Origin: Vicugna vicugna
Lineage: Eukaryota
Direction of reading: 5' to 3'
Length of the DNA: 64,000 nt
Assembly: GCA_013265495.1 (NCBI GenBank)
Contig: MU058844.1
Coordinates: 5,062,344 to 5,126,343 of the forward strand
The stretch's first letter is position 1, and the number at the start of each line of letters is the position of its first letter. The translations under genes and the position numbers were made by a program. Below the pieces are notes generated by a model. It was not told the DNA's origin. It made no database searches and saw only the letters and a list, made by a program, of their open reading frames with translations. Positions 12,730 to 27,360 of the stretch are shown piece by piece.

Positions 12730-15700
12730 TTTATTTTAAAGAAACAGAATTTAACAATAGAGCTTGAAACACCATTGGCAGCTCTCCTCAATTCTCTTCC
12801 CTCCCTTTCTCCTCAAGATAACCATTCCTCTAAGGCTGTGTGCAACATTCTCATCCAGGCTTTGCTATTTTAGCTATATATGAACGATCCATAAACAATA
12901 TACTTTGAGATATTTATCAGTACTCTCAGTGCACATCTCCTTCTGTAATTTGCTTTTCACTCAACATTTTTATCTGTGTTCACGTTAATACATGTAGGTT
13001 ACATTCATTCATCTTCACTGCTGAATTGAAATAGGCTGTATACCTATATTTCCTTTTTCCACTTGCCTAATGATGACATTTAAAGTACCACCGTACTGTA
13101 AAAATGGTTTAATGAATATCATTTTGCTTGTTTCATTATATACATATGCTAGCTTTTTACTAAAACATATTTTTTAAAGCGTCATGGCTGCATCATATGA
13201 TGTGCATCACCAGCTATCCCAGATATTGCCAAATTACTTTTCAATTTTAGAGCTCACTCAGCATTGCCCACACACTTGATATTCATGTAACTTTTGATTG
13301 TTGCCAATCTGATAGGTTTGGAATACAATGACGTTTCAACTTGCATTTTCCTCAGTAGTAATGTGGTTGAGCAAATGTTTGTCTGCTTATTGCCAGTCAA
13401 ATTTTCTTTTCTATAAACTACTTGTTTATATGTTTGGAATGTTTTTTGTTAAGTTTTTCTGTCTATGTGACACACATAACATCTACACAATCACACATAC
13501 ATATACTTATTTTTACACTTCGGTTTTCTTAATCATATCAAAGCTTATATATTATTAGTTGCTGTCAGATTGATTGTTTTTGTAAAGTTTTCTGAATTTC
13601 TGCAATTTTGAACTTTTGTTATCCCACTAGCATGAAGTTATTTTCTTCTAAATTTTTGTTTGTTTTTTACATTTAATCTTTAATCTATTCAAAATATATA
13701 CAGATATAATTCAAGTGTGTAAGTGATTGTGTGTGTGCATGTGTGTAGGTATGTGTAATGAGAAGCAATTTTCTTTTTTGTGTTTTTTTCCTTCCAACAG
13801 GGTGGCCAATTGTCTAAAAATAGTTTGAAAAATAGTTCATACATTCTCTATGGATTTAAAATGCTCATTCTGTGTCAAGTTCCATATGTGGATGGGTCTG
13901 GTTTGAAAATTGTAATGCTGCTCTTTCTGTCTACATTTCTTTTTCTATTCCACTGCAAATAGCAGACCCTTTTAATTATTACACACATTAAATATTGATT
14001 TTCCTTTCTTTTTTATGGAAAATTATTTTGATTCTCCTTTGATCTTTTCCTTGTTATGAATTTTCCTTCTTATAAATGTTAGCCTCATCTTGAGGTTTTT
14101 TACTGAAATTAATTGATTGAGAATCAATAGATTCTTTATAATATTGAGTCTTTATAGCCATTAGTATTCCATAATTATATTTCATTGGGTTTTTCTTTTA
14201 TATCCTTCAATAAAGTTTAACTAATTTTTTATATAAAAGCCTTGCATATGTTCTGTTAGGGTTATTCCTAGGTATGTATAATTAATGAGACATTTTAAAT
14301 TTTTAAATTATTTCTAATGAGTCACAGATGAGTTAAAGGATAACATTGTTTTGCTATATTTCTCTGTCTTGTTCTATTCAATTCTATATTTTAACGTTAT
14401 TTTTTATTATTTGCATTTTGCTTCTTTTTTTAACATTTTTTATTGATTTATAATCATTTTACAGTGTTGTGTCAAATTCCAGTGTTCAGCACAATTTTTC
14501 AGTCATTCATGGACATATACACATTGTCACATTTTTTTCTCTGTGATTTATCCTAACATTTTGCATTTTGTTTCTTCCTTTCCAAATCTTATATTTTAAA
14601 AAATTTTAACCACTTGGGCCTACACTTCAATATAGAATAGCAGCTATGATGATGGACACCTTTCTATCCATAATTTTGAAAAGAAAACATCTAATATTTA
14701 CATTTCTGGCTTTTTTTATCCCTGTGCTGTGTGCTATACATTACTTTTGAGGCAGTGATTTTGGACACCCATGGGGCTCCCTTTCTTTATTTTCTTTCTC
14801 TCAAGGACCACTATCTTGCACTGTCTTGTTCCATGTTTGAAAACCATTGTTTCAAATATTTTGTCTGCTTTCTAGTTTCTCAGGGGGACTGGCACATTTG
14901 TTCCTGTTATGCCATTATGGGCTAAAGCAGACATCCAATTTTCAATTGTTAAAATAGTTTATTTATGTTTCTGCTTTCTTGAGCTGCCTAGACCTCTCAC
15001 TTCTGTGTCAAATAGACATGCTTATTTGGGGTGTTCTTGTCACATCCCCCATCCTGAAGATGTTTAATGTTGGACGTGGGTGATGTTTCCTGGGGTTTAT
15101 GGTAGAGACCCTTTATGAAGTTAGGGTGTATCCTTTTATTATAGTTTGCTAAAACTTTTACAAAAAGTTTTTTATAATCACTTTTAAATTTTATCAAAAG
15201 AAATTTTTGACAACTATGATTTTCTCTTTTAATATGGTAATAAGCTTAATAGTATTAATTTTCTAATTTTGAACAGTAAGTATTCCTAACCATGAGGTAA
15301 TTTTGTATACTTGAAATAATATCCAATCAGGAATTACTTTCCTTAATCATTCCTAATATACTTTGCTAATATTTTGCTGAGGGTATCTTCATGTATGTTT
15401 ATATGTTTGACTTGCCCACACATTACTGTTTTAGTTTGGTGCAAGATTTGTCATTTTTAATAGTTTTTGAGGAATCAGTGTTTTTCTGTTTTCCACTGAA
15501 CCAGTATTTTATAGTTGAGAAGATTTGTCCTATTAGTTTCCTTGTAGTATCTGTAGATTTATCCTGCTGTTCTGCTAACTTTTAAGATTTGGGATATGGC
15601 TAATTTAAGGTTTACTGCTTCTTCTTAAATATATAAACATTTAAAATGACATTTCTTGCATTTCAGCTACATTGCACAAGTTTGACTTGTAGTACATACT

Positions 15701-15980
15701 CTCATTCAGCTGTCTTTCTTATTGGCTTTATGATTTTTTTTACTTTAGTCACTGATTATTTAAATATTTGTTTTAAATTTTGAAATGCATGTTCTTTAAT
15801 GTTATATTTTTCCCATCAATTATTTGGAGCATCTTGTGATTTGGTTTATTGTAATTTTTATAAGTACTATATATACGCTTAAAAATAATATGGATTTTCA
15901 GAAGTAGTTGCAGTGACCTATAGATACCTGTTCAAACAAGTTCAAAGTTATTTGAATTGTTCAAATCTTTTCTATCTTTA
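12730..15980 (-). mobile_element. Heavily decayed ancient L1 (L1ME-like) 3'UTR and ORF2 remnants
   Basis: T-rich, with reverse L1 motifs (GATATTGCCAAATT, TTGCCAATCTGATAGG, TTGCATTTTCC, TTATTCCTAGGTA, TTTGCTAATATTTTGCTGAGG). Interrupted by other insertions. Confidence 0.7.
14427..14559 (-). mobile_element. Young camelid-type L1 3' end (5'-truncated, 133 bp) with 17-bp TSD
   Basis: Minus strand reads ...GAATGACTGAAAAATTGTGCTGAACACTGGAATTTGACACAACACTGTAAAATGATTATAAATCAATAAAAAATGTT(A)n. It is flanked by TTTGCATTTTGCTTCTT (14410-14426) and TTTGCATTTTGTTTCTT (14560-14576). Confidence 0.85.
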
Positions 15981-16619
15981 ATTACATCATACATACACAT
16001 ACATTTGTGTATACAGAGATAAAAAATTAGAAGTAAAGAGCAATATATTACATAATCTATACATATAGGTATATGTCTGTTAATGCAATAAATAATGACA
16101 TGCATTTATGTACATGTATTCATAAATGTATACATATACTCATGTATATATGAGTGTGTATATATGTTGAGCTATTAAATACTCATATAAGTGTTTTGAT
16201 ACGTCTGACTTTGCTTCTAAGAGGATAATTTTTTGACAGATTAAATGTCCTTTTTTAGGAAAAGAAGAAAACAAGGATTTCTATAGAACTTGATTTCTGT
16301 ATTTTCTGTATTTATTTATTTACTTATTCCTTATTGTTCTAAGTAATTGAACATCTGGGGTTGCCCTTTTTTAATTTATTTTTAAAATTTATTTTATTTT
16401 ATTTTATTTTTATTTCTTGGGGTGTTGCTCTTGAATGATGAGGAGGACTACAGATCAGTCAGCTTTGCTGGCAATGGGGTGTATATTTTGATGTCAATTT
16501 AGGATAGATTTGAATTTTAAATCTGAGAAATTCAAAGTAGGTACTTGAATATACACATCTGGATTTTGATGGAGAAATGAATATAGAAGTTATTTTGTAC
16601 TTTTCAGAATGAGATTGAT

Positions 16620-16905
16620 TTGAGAAAGATAAGGTCTTTCTCAATGCCATGTTTAAAATTACGATCTACATTCCCCAGCAAACTTTAGCACTCTTCACTG
16701 ACTTACTTTTCTTCCATAGCAATCATTACATTTTAATGTACTAATTATTTACTTGTAAGTTTTGTTTAGCAATCCTCCCTACAATAAAAGCTCTAAGACA
16801 TATTTCTCTTTCTTTCTTTTTTAAAAACTATTATAAGTAAGTGCCAGAATAGTGCCCAGCACACATTAGGTGCCCAATAAATACTTGTGGACTGAGTAAA
16901 TGAAT
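16620..16905 (+). mobile_element. L2 3' end
   Basis: AGAATAGTGCCCAGCACACATTAGGTGCCCAATAAATACTTGTGGACTGAGTAAATGAAT. Confidence 0.8.
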
Positions 16906-19469
16906 TATGCTTTACTTCTATTTCTAGTCTCTTATAGTTTCTGTCACTCCACTTCATTTAAACCGTATAAAAAGACATCCTCCATTCCCAAATTTCTAAC
17001 TATTCTGTATCATACAATTTTACTCTGTGAATCTAATTTTCTATACTGCTCTACCTTGCTGTTCCTTTTTTTATTTCATTAGTTGGTGACCTTATCTATA
17101 TTATTTCCTTATTTTGATTTAAAAAATTGATCTGAATTATTGGTTTATTAATTTGCAGTTTTTCTGGTATTGAAATATTATCATCAGAAGCTATGTATTT
17201 GCCTCTAACTATTGTTAAACTGAATCTCACAAGCTTGGAAATGAAATTAATCACTTACATATCTTTCAGTTTTAAGCGTTTCATTACTCCTCTGATTTTT
17301 TTTCTCCTTTTTTTCATGAACTATTTTGGAATTTATTTTGTAGGTTTCAAATATTGCTTGACTTTTGTTATCTATGTTAAGTTTGAATGCATTATTTCAG
17401 AGAATATGAGAGTAATTATATTTACATGGTGTCCTAGTAAATCACATAGGCAGACTGTCTGTTCCCTCCTGAACACAACATTAGGCAATAGGTAAAGTGA
17501 GTAAAGTTAATTTACTGTTAAGGAACCTAGCATTCATAATGTTCGGGAATAGTAACAACATGACCAGGTCTTGAATGCACTTATTACAACCTTAAATTGG
17601 GATTTATTATCTTTTTCTTCCCAGTATAAAAAGAATGGTTCAAGTCTTACACTTTCCTGTCATACTTTCAGAGAAAAAAACACTATTGGTTGATACGTCT
17701 TCTAACATGCAGAATTGTAATGCAAATACATATAAACAGATTCATATTCCCAGTCTTATGTTCAATTTTAATAAGTGCTCCCCCCACTGCCTCATGGTCT
17801 TTAATGTTCCTAGGCAGAAGAGCATGACTCTACATTATTAGAATCTCACACTGTATTGCACTTATTATGAATGATAGTTATTAAAATTAACTGAAGCATG
17901 AGAAAAGTTTTTATTTATACAACTATAATTGTTTCCAACTTCATAAGTGTTAAGGTATTTTAAGTATCCTCCAAAGAATTTGAAAATTTAGAAATAAGAG
18001 ACTTTTAGGTTTGTTAAACAGAAACTCTTAGAGCAAGAACTTATTTTCAAGCCCTGTCAGACTCATTTCTGTTCTATTATCTGAAGATATCACGACCACC
18101 ATTTTATTGGTTCTCTAAAGGACTGAGCATATTAAAGCCCAATCACCTAAGTAAGGTCAAATAGTGTTGACTGGTTGGGAAGTGTTTGTTCTAAAATTGT
18201 GGAATTTTAGAAAGAATAGAAGTATACTGTAATGAAATGTACATTGAGTTTATGGTCCAAGCATTGTCTTTATCTATGTAACCAGATGACCTTAGGCTTA
18301 ACCTTGCCAAGCTTTATTTACTCACAGGTAAGATTTCTAAATCCAAATAGAATGAAAGATTATAAATACATATTAAAATAAGAGCAACACATTCAACCAA
18401 CAGAGCTGTTGATACCTTTTGCTTCACACAGCCATCTTGATCTTGGCACTACCATAGGCCAGTGTACATTGTAAGAGATGGCAGTGATGCAGCATCCAGA
18501 GTACCAGCAAATTTCTGATGCTGCACATTCAGCACATGTCACCTGATGACTGATGATCATTAGAGTTTCATCTTTTTGCTTTTATATTTGGTTCCCAGTT
18601 AAAATGCAAGTAAATGGAGAAGGTTAAGCTGTTATAAGTCATAGAAGCCACTGTGTGAAGGCAGAAAAGGAGAAAATTATTTATGGGGAGAAGTGAAGAG
18701 AACAACTTTGGATCTTAATGCTCCCAGGTTGGAAAATTTGTATAGAAAGTAAGTACCACTCGTGGCAGCAAAGACCTCTTTTGGTCTTAATTTATAAGAC
18801 ACTTATTAAGAGAAAAATTTTGCCAAGAATTTTGCAACAAATAATGGCTCTGAAAATTGAATATCATTGGAAAATTTAACCTTAATAAAAGCTGTTCTTT
18901 GACATCAAAACTACATCATAGACAGGAGTGCTAGTATCATATATATATTGTTATAGCAACATCACTGTTACTTGAAAATATTCCTCCTAAAATCAGATTC
19001 AGATGTTGAAATGGATGACAGTTAGCCTTCGGGATGGTCAAAGAAGAATTTAAATTTATTCACACAAATGGGAAGTCCTACAACCAGGGACAGAAGATGG
19101 GCTTCCTGGGGGAGGTCAGGAAAGAAAAAGAACCAGCAAGAAGGATACAGTCATTTATGAAGGAAAATCTCGCTGGTGGGAGATTTGAAAGAAGCTTCTG
19201 TCTGGCACCAAATTTCAAAGAGGCAGCAACAGAACATAAGTGCTTTGTGTGTTTGTGTGTTTGTGTGGGTGCAGAGAAGCTTTCTCAGAAGGCTAGAGAG
19301 ATGATGGGCCCAGACATAGGGAGGAAATGAGGCTTAAAGGTTGCTGGCACTAAATCGAAGTCAGTGGGGACCTTAAAATGTTTCTGTGATCTCCATACGC
19401 ATATTTTAATCAAAGGATAGTGTTACTAATTTAATAATATTCATAGCAATAGTGTTACTGATTTAATCA

Positions 19470-20090
19470 AAAGACAGCAAATGCAACTGCACACCACTCA
19501 GATTATGAAGCCGAACTTTGCCAATATCTTAGAAATGTTCTGTGTACCCGTTGACTTTCACTACCCAGTATAACTGTCTGAGTTCTGTGGCGAATATTTA
19601 TTTATTTTCTTTATTATATTTTCAAGATATCTTATAAATATGCATATCTATGAATTTCATATGATGGTATAATACTATATAAATACTTGCTCCTTTCCCT
19701 CAATACCATGTTTTTGAGTTTCAGCCACAGGGATGGATACATATAACTGAAGCTTATTTGTGTCCTTTGCTATATATTATCTCACTGCATGAATACACTA
19801 GGGTTTCTTTACCTATTCTAAACTTGAAGGACACTTGTGTTGATTACAGTTTTGAGCTATTTCTAAGAAAAAAATTGTAATCATGTTTTGATATGAGATA
19901 TGTATATTACTAGGAATGGACTTAATTGGCATAGTGTATTTATATGCTTAACTTTATGCCAAAGTACTGTCTGATGTGTTTTTATTCAAACTCACACACA
20001 CCACCACCACAGCTACTCCTGCCACCACCACAATCACCACACATATAGTATCTGAAGGTTGTAGCTTCACAACTTCACAAAACTATGTCT
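19470..20090 (-). mobile_element. Ancient L1 (L1ME-like) 3'UTR fragment
   Basis: Reverse L1ME motifs: GTTTTTGAGTTTCAGCCA, GAAGGACACTTGTGTTG...CAGTTTTGAGCTATT, TAGGAATGGA. Confidence 0.65.
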
Positions 20091-22249
20091 GTATTTTAAA
20101 GTCTAAATTCACGAACACTCCTTGGCTCTTCTAGGAAGGAGATGGTGTTAAGGGGAGAAGACAAAATTAGATTAGAAAGGCAAAATTCCTTTGTTTCTCT
20201 TCTTTGCTTATTGATTTTCTGAAAGATGATTTTGGTGGTATTCCTAATAATTTCTTGTTTAGGAGAGAAAAATATTAGGATAGTGTTCATTAACTGCAAA
20301 AGGGAAGGATAAAATTAATTATTTAGAAGTGAATAAACAACATCCTGTTGCTAATGTTATGGTAGCTGACAATATTTTCAGCCTTGTTTAACTTTTTCTT
20401 GAATTTTTTTTGAGCTATATCTAATATCTTCCGATAACATTTTATTTTTCCTTTAAGTTTTATTGAAGTGAATTTGTGTTGCTTTCAAATAAAAAAAGTA
20501 CTATCAAAAACAAAGAACAATTAGAAAATCGTTATATAAAATATAAATATACCTTTATATAAAAAACATTTCAGGACAAAACGGCTTTAATAGCAGGCCC
20601 ACAGAGGAGAAGTTATCTTAATATTATAAATATTTAATATTGCTTTAAATATATCAAGTTATAAGAGATTAAAAGTATCAAAGGAGATAAGCTAAATGAA
20701 CTGATATATGTATCTGCAGTACATTTGGAAATATTTTAGGTTAAGTCTTCAAGTTTGATGCTTGTTAATTTTTAATTTCTTTTTAATCAATTATTTAAAA
20801 ATACTACCAATGGCATTTCATTGGGAGTTCTTGCTAAGGAAGCTAGGAATCTGAAAATATGGAAAAACTAGAGAAAATTAGATTAACTTGTACAAATCAG
20901 GTTAATATGTCTAGGGTATTATAATATGAAACAGATTACATGAGAGAGAATTGTTTGGAAAACAGTGATGCCAAAAAATTTTCCCTCAAGGATGACATGT
21001 AATACACACAAATACATTATAGCGCTGTGCCAACTATAGCCATTAGTTGGAGGAATATCAAGAGAAAAATCATGGAGAGCAAAGAGATGGATTGTTTTTA
21101 TAAAATGGGCAAGTAAAAATAAATAATAATAGTAATAATAACACACTTTAATTTATATAGCATCATTCTTGTAAGGACATTATATGACAATATAGTCTTT
21201 CATATTGTTCAGTTTTCTTTATTATAAGAAAAAAGTGATCAACTTCATTGATAAATAGGAATTTGAGTCATGCAATGAAAATTCAAATGTGGTCTCTTTA
21301 TGTCCTGACAAAGTTATCTGCACTCCATTTTTTTTCTTCCAATGACAAGGCAAAATGGAAACAAAAAGAGCATTAATAGCAACAACAAAATCACAGGACC
21401 ACCATTTATTAGTATCTTATGTAAGATTAAGTGTAGTTCAATAATAAAAGAGTTCTAACTTATCCCTTACTTGAGGTTTACCTTAAAAAGTGAATCAATG
21501 CTGTCTTGCTTCCATAAAATATTTAAGAATACTTACTAAAAGAAAAAAAAAAAGGACACAATATGTCAAATGTTGAGATGGCTTAAATTTAAAAGATAAA
21601 CGTAAGTAGTGAAAAGAAAGAAAATGTTTTATTAAATTACTGAAGTAACAAGGAAGATCTTTGGAATAAAGAGATCACTACTGGTAGGAACCTTTGACCT
21701 TGTTATGTGTAGAGAGATGAGTGTGTGTGAACCATGAACATAATTCATAAATGGTGGGCAGGAAGAGTTAATGTATTTTAAATAATGAGAAATATTCCCC
21801 TCTCTCTAGCCTTACTGTTAGTAAATACAAGTCATATGTTCATGCCTAATGTCTAATGTCTGTAAGATGAGGAAGGGTAAGCATGCAGTATGTCTGGAAG
21901 ATGCAGGAATAGAAACCTTGGGGAAAGGTGCTAATGACTAATTCAGTGGATCTGGAAAGAAAGGGGATAAACCCATGAGACCGTCTATTGTATTTCACTG
22001 ATCAATCCTACCAATCCATCATGTTTAAATGAATGATTAATATTCATGTTCTTACACATAAAGAAAGTCTCTTTAAGTTTATGTAATTGAAAAGGTCACA
22101 GAGCAGTGGCAGTTTATTGAGTACTGTCAAGCACTTCTCAGCTCCACTGGGCTTACTGTCCACCTCCTCCAACTCACCCCCAACAGCTGTGATCTCTTTG
22201 CAGACTAGCACATAGCCTCTAGCCATGGCCATTACCATCACGCAGTATC

Positions 22250-22802
22250 CCCTTCACATTTTCAAAGCATGCGTCTGACTGTATAACTTTGTGGCATAAA
22301 ACCATTTAATGGCTTACCAAATTTTGGGCTGAGACCAATCCCCTTCATGGACGGCACTTTGACTGCCTTCCAAACTTCGTGTTGTATAACTTACTTTTCT
22401 CTTCTTTGATGTTCCTGTAGTTCCTTAGGTGTGTCTTAGTCTCATAACAGTATTTACGTGTGAGGGTCATACTCTCAACGGATTTTTTCTCCCTCTTTCT
22501 TTGCTCACTTAATTTCTTCTCATCCTTCAGATTTTCTGTCAAATGTTGCGTTCAAAGGCCTCTTATCCAAACCTCTTCCCAGGCTAGATTAGATTCCGTT
22601 AGGTATTTATATAGTTTTGTTTGTTTTGTTTAATGTTTTTCCTTTTGTTATGTCATTATTTGATTAATACCTCTCTCATGCACTATATTAATATCTCTCA
22701 CTTGCTATGGGACTAGGAATGTTTACTAATTATATATGCCAGGTCTATAGGATGTTGCTTGCCACATAACAGGTACTAAGTAATCTATTATTGAATAAAT
22801 AA
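22250..22802 (+). mobile_element. L2 3' region
   Basis: Pyrimidine-rich body ending GCCACATAACAGGTACTAAGTAATCTATTATTGAATAAAT. Confidence 0.6.
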
Positions 22803-24944
22803 CAGAGCCAGAAAAAGAAAGTATAGTTCAGTGCTCATTATTATGCTATGTCTGGTGTAGAATACTAACCCAGGTTAAAAAAAATGAGAGTAAGTGGTGA
22901 TCCAAAAAATAAAATATTTTATCTGTTTCACATTAAATTTTGGACTAAAATATCATTTTCATTATTTCAGTCTTATTTTAATCTATTATCATATATCACC
23001 ACTATACAATCTATAAAAACAAGATCCCTTACAAGTTACACGACAGTCATTATAATAGCATGACTTCTTGGGGTATTTGAATATAATTTCTTAAACAATG
23101 GATCTATATTTTAACCTAAGTAGTTTAGCTATTAACTGATTGATTTATATGATATTATAATTGATATTACCGTCTTTTCTAGATAACATCATAGTACATT
23201 CTTGAGATGCTCATAAATGGTTTTGTTGCTCAAAGTAGCTGCCTCAGTGGGATAGGAAAATAGACAGACTGAGAGAAGTTTAAGTTGTACCATCCTTTTA
23301 GTCATTATAAACTGCTTTACACTCTGCTCCCTTACTTATATTTCCAACCTCATTAGCATAGACATAATGAAGCTTTCGGTTTATTTTTGATATCAGGGAA
23401 ACCGAAAAGGACAAAAGAGAGTAATACTGGGTTTGAAAAACAAACTTTTTTCCCCCAAAGGCCAGAACATTACAACACCGTTCACTTGTTTTGTATCAAA
23501 ACAAAGATTGTTTTGATATAAACTGTATTGTGTGTGAAAATTTATACAGTAACTAGTGGTAAGAACAGAGCTGTGTAATTTTCAAATCTAGCAACAAGCT
23601 ATGTCACCTATTTGAAAAATGTGTCATTTCTAGGATGAATTTATGTCAGCACAAGGTGTCGGATGGGTAACTCCGGGGAGTGAAATTCTGTTTGTCCACC
23701 TACTTTTCATCCTATTTTTGATCTTTAAAAACAGACTGAAGTGATATGTGCATGCTATGATTCTGTGGCTGTGCTATCTCTGACACTTTTCCTCATATGT
23801 TCTTCTCAATAATAGAAGGATATCAGAAAAGAAAACATCTTTTCATCATCAGCAGCACCAGTACCACTGCAAATGCTAGAGGGGAAAAAAAGGAAAAAAA
23901 TTTTTAAAAATACAAAAAAACTCTGAACTTCTCACACAAAGCCCTTATTTCCTAGACATTTACATTTTCTTCTGCTTTGCCGAGAGATAACAGATGGCTG
24001 CGTGGTGATTTGGGATGCTAATTAGACTGTTGTGTTTTTCAGCTAACCTTAGGTAGGCACAGTCCTGTGAGGGCTGATTACCACTATGCCATTTAAAAAT
24101 GCTAGCAGATAACCGTTAAACACCCTTTCATAATGAACTTTTTATAAACAATAAAACCATGATTAACTCTAGTATCATAAAAAAAAGTCTATACCAGAAA
24201 GACAGTCATTAAATGCACTGTGGCATTATAAGAATGATTTTCAAGTTTTAACTGAACTCCAGAACTAGTAGGTCTGAAAAAAAAAATAGTATATAGTATT
24301 TTTATGTGATTCATTGAACTCTCTATAATACGGTGACACAAAGGGAACGCCGGTGGCAGTAGACAGGTTCTCTGGGGACAGAGTTAAGAGATGAGGAAAT
24401 TGGGTTTAATGCAGTCATCTTGAATAAAGTATTAAAGCTGGGATGAAAGAACATGCACATTATGTTTGGTAAGGTATGTTAGGAAAGAACCAGGATTAGA
24501 TTCATGAATAGGTAATGATATTCTATAAAAAGTAACATTGATATCCAAAAGAAGTGGGAAGTTTTTAATGTACCACAAGAATTATAAATGATATTTACAT
24601 CAGTATTTATTAAATGGCATCTTAAGTTTATTAACTGATAAAAATTTTCTCATTCTATATGGAAAATTTAATTTAAAATTGCTACATGTTGAAACAGAAT
24701 ATCTTTTCCAGAGCCTAAAGCAATAATTTTAAAGATAAACATTAACAAATTTTTTCAAGAATTGAGATGAAATTAATATAAAATTTAAGTTTGAACTCAG
24801 ATCTGAAATAACGTTCAGATATGTAAAGTTGTTGCAAATCTGACACTGAAGGTAAGCCTAGTACCTGAGTTCCTCCTGAATTTAGTAGTGTATTAAATGC
24901 TCTCAAGCCTGCCATCCCATGTATTATCTGTCCAGAAGCAAAAG

Positions 24945-25175
24945 CAGAGTAAAGAAGTTAAAAGCAGATCTTCTGGAATTAAAATCACTAGTTCAAATTC
25001 TTTTTCTACCATTTATCATGCTTATGAAATTGCCCAAATTCCTTAACCCAATTTAACTTCACTTTCTTCAAGGGACTTAACTCTATATGGCTTCTATGAA
25101 AACTAAATAAGACAGTTCATATTAAACATTTAGCACTCAGCCTAGAATATGGTAAATACTCTACAGATGATGCCA
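24945..25175 (+). mobile_element. MIR SINE
   Basis: TAGTTCAAATTC...CTACCATTTA and the 3' part AAACATTTAGCACTCAGCCTAGAATATGGTAAATACTC. Confidence 0.7.
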
Positions 25176-25969
25176 GACATCCTTGTAATCACCATTGCCT
25201 TTGGGGGGGATGTGAGAGGTAAAATTAGGTAAATATAGTATGCATTCTAATAGCAAACACAGATTAGAAAAATGTTTTCTAGGAATTTTATAAAAATCCC
25301 TCCTGTGACTGATGTATTTCAGTTTTCGTTTTTGATGGTGTTGTTCAAAGGGAATTGAAAATAATTAGAAAAATTTAAATATACATCAACTGTATTTGGA
25401 TTAGGAGAAATCTGTCTCTCTTCCCAGTGTACTATGAAAACAGGTTACTTTTCAGTAGAGTTGCCTTGGACGTATTGAGCTGCATTTCCAATATATGAAA
25501 AATTTCAATGGTCAGATGTGTTTTAATTCATACGCCCCATATATGTTAATACACTTTTCCTTCTAAGATTTGTGTTTCTGTGTCAAGCACAGTTTGAGCA
25601 AAATCCACTGAAGCACAAGCCTTTGGGATCTAATAGAGTTGATAAATAGCTTATCCTTTTACCATTTTGGAATAAATTCATTAAAATCAAAAAATCAGGG
25701 ATTCAGTTCTGTATTAGCACCAATATATTATCTGCAGAATCCAACAGAGAATTTGCCCTCCAGTGTGTCATCTTTTATATATAAATACATAAATTGTATG
25801 TGTTCCCTATTTTAAATTAAATTAGTGCATGCTAACACAGAATTTCATTATTTCAAGTAGAATTTCACATGTGTTATCTCATTTATTTTCCAGAGGATTA
25901 TTATGTCTGTTCCAAGATGATTTATTTGAGAAATTCTACCCTACTTTCCAGATTAGATTTCTCTGAGAA

Positions 25970-26110
25970 GAACATCTTATCTTCACTTTTAAGATAATTA
26001 AAGCTCAAAGGAGCCAAATGACTTGTCTAAAGAAACACAGTAAATTAGGGGCAGACCCACAATTGAGGTTCAGATATTATTAGTTCCACTGGCATTTTCA
26101 CTCCACTACC
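25970..26110 (-). mobile_element. MIR SINE fragment
   Basis: AAAGCTCAAAGGAGCCAAATGACTTGTCTAAAG...ACACAG is a reverse MIR core. Confidence 0.6.
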
Positions 26111-27084
26111 TGCTATTTCATGTGTGTGTGCACGTGTGTGCATGTGTTCACCTAAGGGGCTGTATTTCAAGGCTCCTTCACTGGTACATATTTGTCATAC
26201 TTTTCTTAGTATTGTGTATCATATTCATGAACTATCTCAGAGCTTTAGAAAATTGCTCATCTCCTCTTTGTAAATCACTTGTTTACTCTCTATGCCCCAT
26301 CCAATCTTCTTGATAGTTTTCGGCTATTTTGAAATTTTTCTCAACACAAAACTCACAAGAAATTTACTTCTCTTAAAAAAGAGACCATTTTAAAATATGC
26401 TCAGACTGATGTTCAGTCTAGTCCAGCATTTTGAGTTTTGACAGTAACACCAAGACAATCAATTGAAGGGTATGATATTTTCTATGAAAATACTCAAAGC
26501 TCTTTAACCTCAACTTTTCTATGAAATTAGCATTAAAATGAATGTATCACTTCTCTGTTGCTTTGTGTTGTTACTGTATTTATAACAAGAATGTATGAAA
26601 TGCTTTATAAATAAATGACTACTTACTTTGTTTGACTTCCAGTCACATCATCGCCATTAACACATCACTCTGTCAGTTAGGTCCTAAGGTTTGGTGAATA
26701 TGACAATTAGTAAGACTCAGTCCCTGATTTTTAGGGATTTAAATATAGTGCAACTGAGAAGGTTTGGACATATTTCTGTGATGCAGTGATTTAGGAAATT
26801 TAATGGGGAATATAGTGACTTTGGCAGCAGGAATGCCAGTCATCAGACAGGATATCAGGATTCAAACTATGGTAGTGGCAGCGCAGCTGAAAAAGGAGAA
26901 TCATATCATGGGTCATTTTAGATAAAGTTTAATCTGTCTCATTAATGTTTAGTTAACCCTTGTTTGTTTCTTTTTTTTTTGTTCCCAGAGAAGAACATAT
27001 ATTCTAGCTTTTTCCCCCATATTGCCAAAAAATAACCACTAGAGATGAAGGAAAAAAACATTGGCTGATTTCCAATTGTTTTCT

Positions 27085-27360
27085 GTTTTATTTTCAATTT
27101 TTGATTTTGACAATTCTGACAAATTAAAATTGCAATAATAGTACAGAGAACTCTTATTTCCCAAATATTTTCCAGATTTACTCTTTATCACATTTACATT
27201 ATCATTTTACCCCTTACATAGACAGACACAAACATTTTTGGGGGTTTTTTAGAGTAAATTGTAGATATTGCATTCTTTACCCATAAATACTTCTCTGTAT
27301 ATTTCCTTAAAACTAGCACGGTAACCTAGCTAATCACTGTACAATTATCAAAATATCTAA
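27085..27360 (-). mobile_element. L1MC4/5-like 3' end fragment
   Basis: AATAGTACAGAGAACTC...GAGTAAATTGTAGATAT...CTTTACCCATAAATACTTC...TACAATTATCAAAAT. Confidence 0.65.

Noticed and set aside
18488..18525. TGCAGCATC...GATGCTGCA hairpin as a pre-miRNA
   Set aside because: Stem of only about 9-12 bp; too short and compatible with chance.
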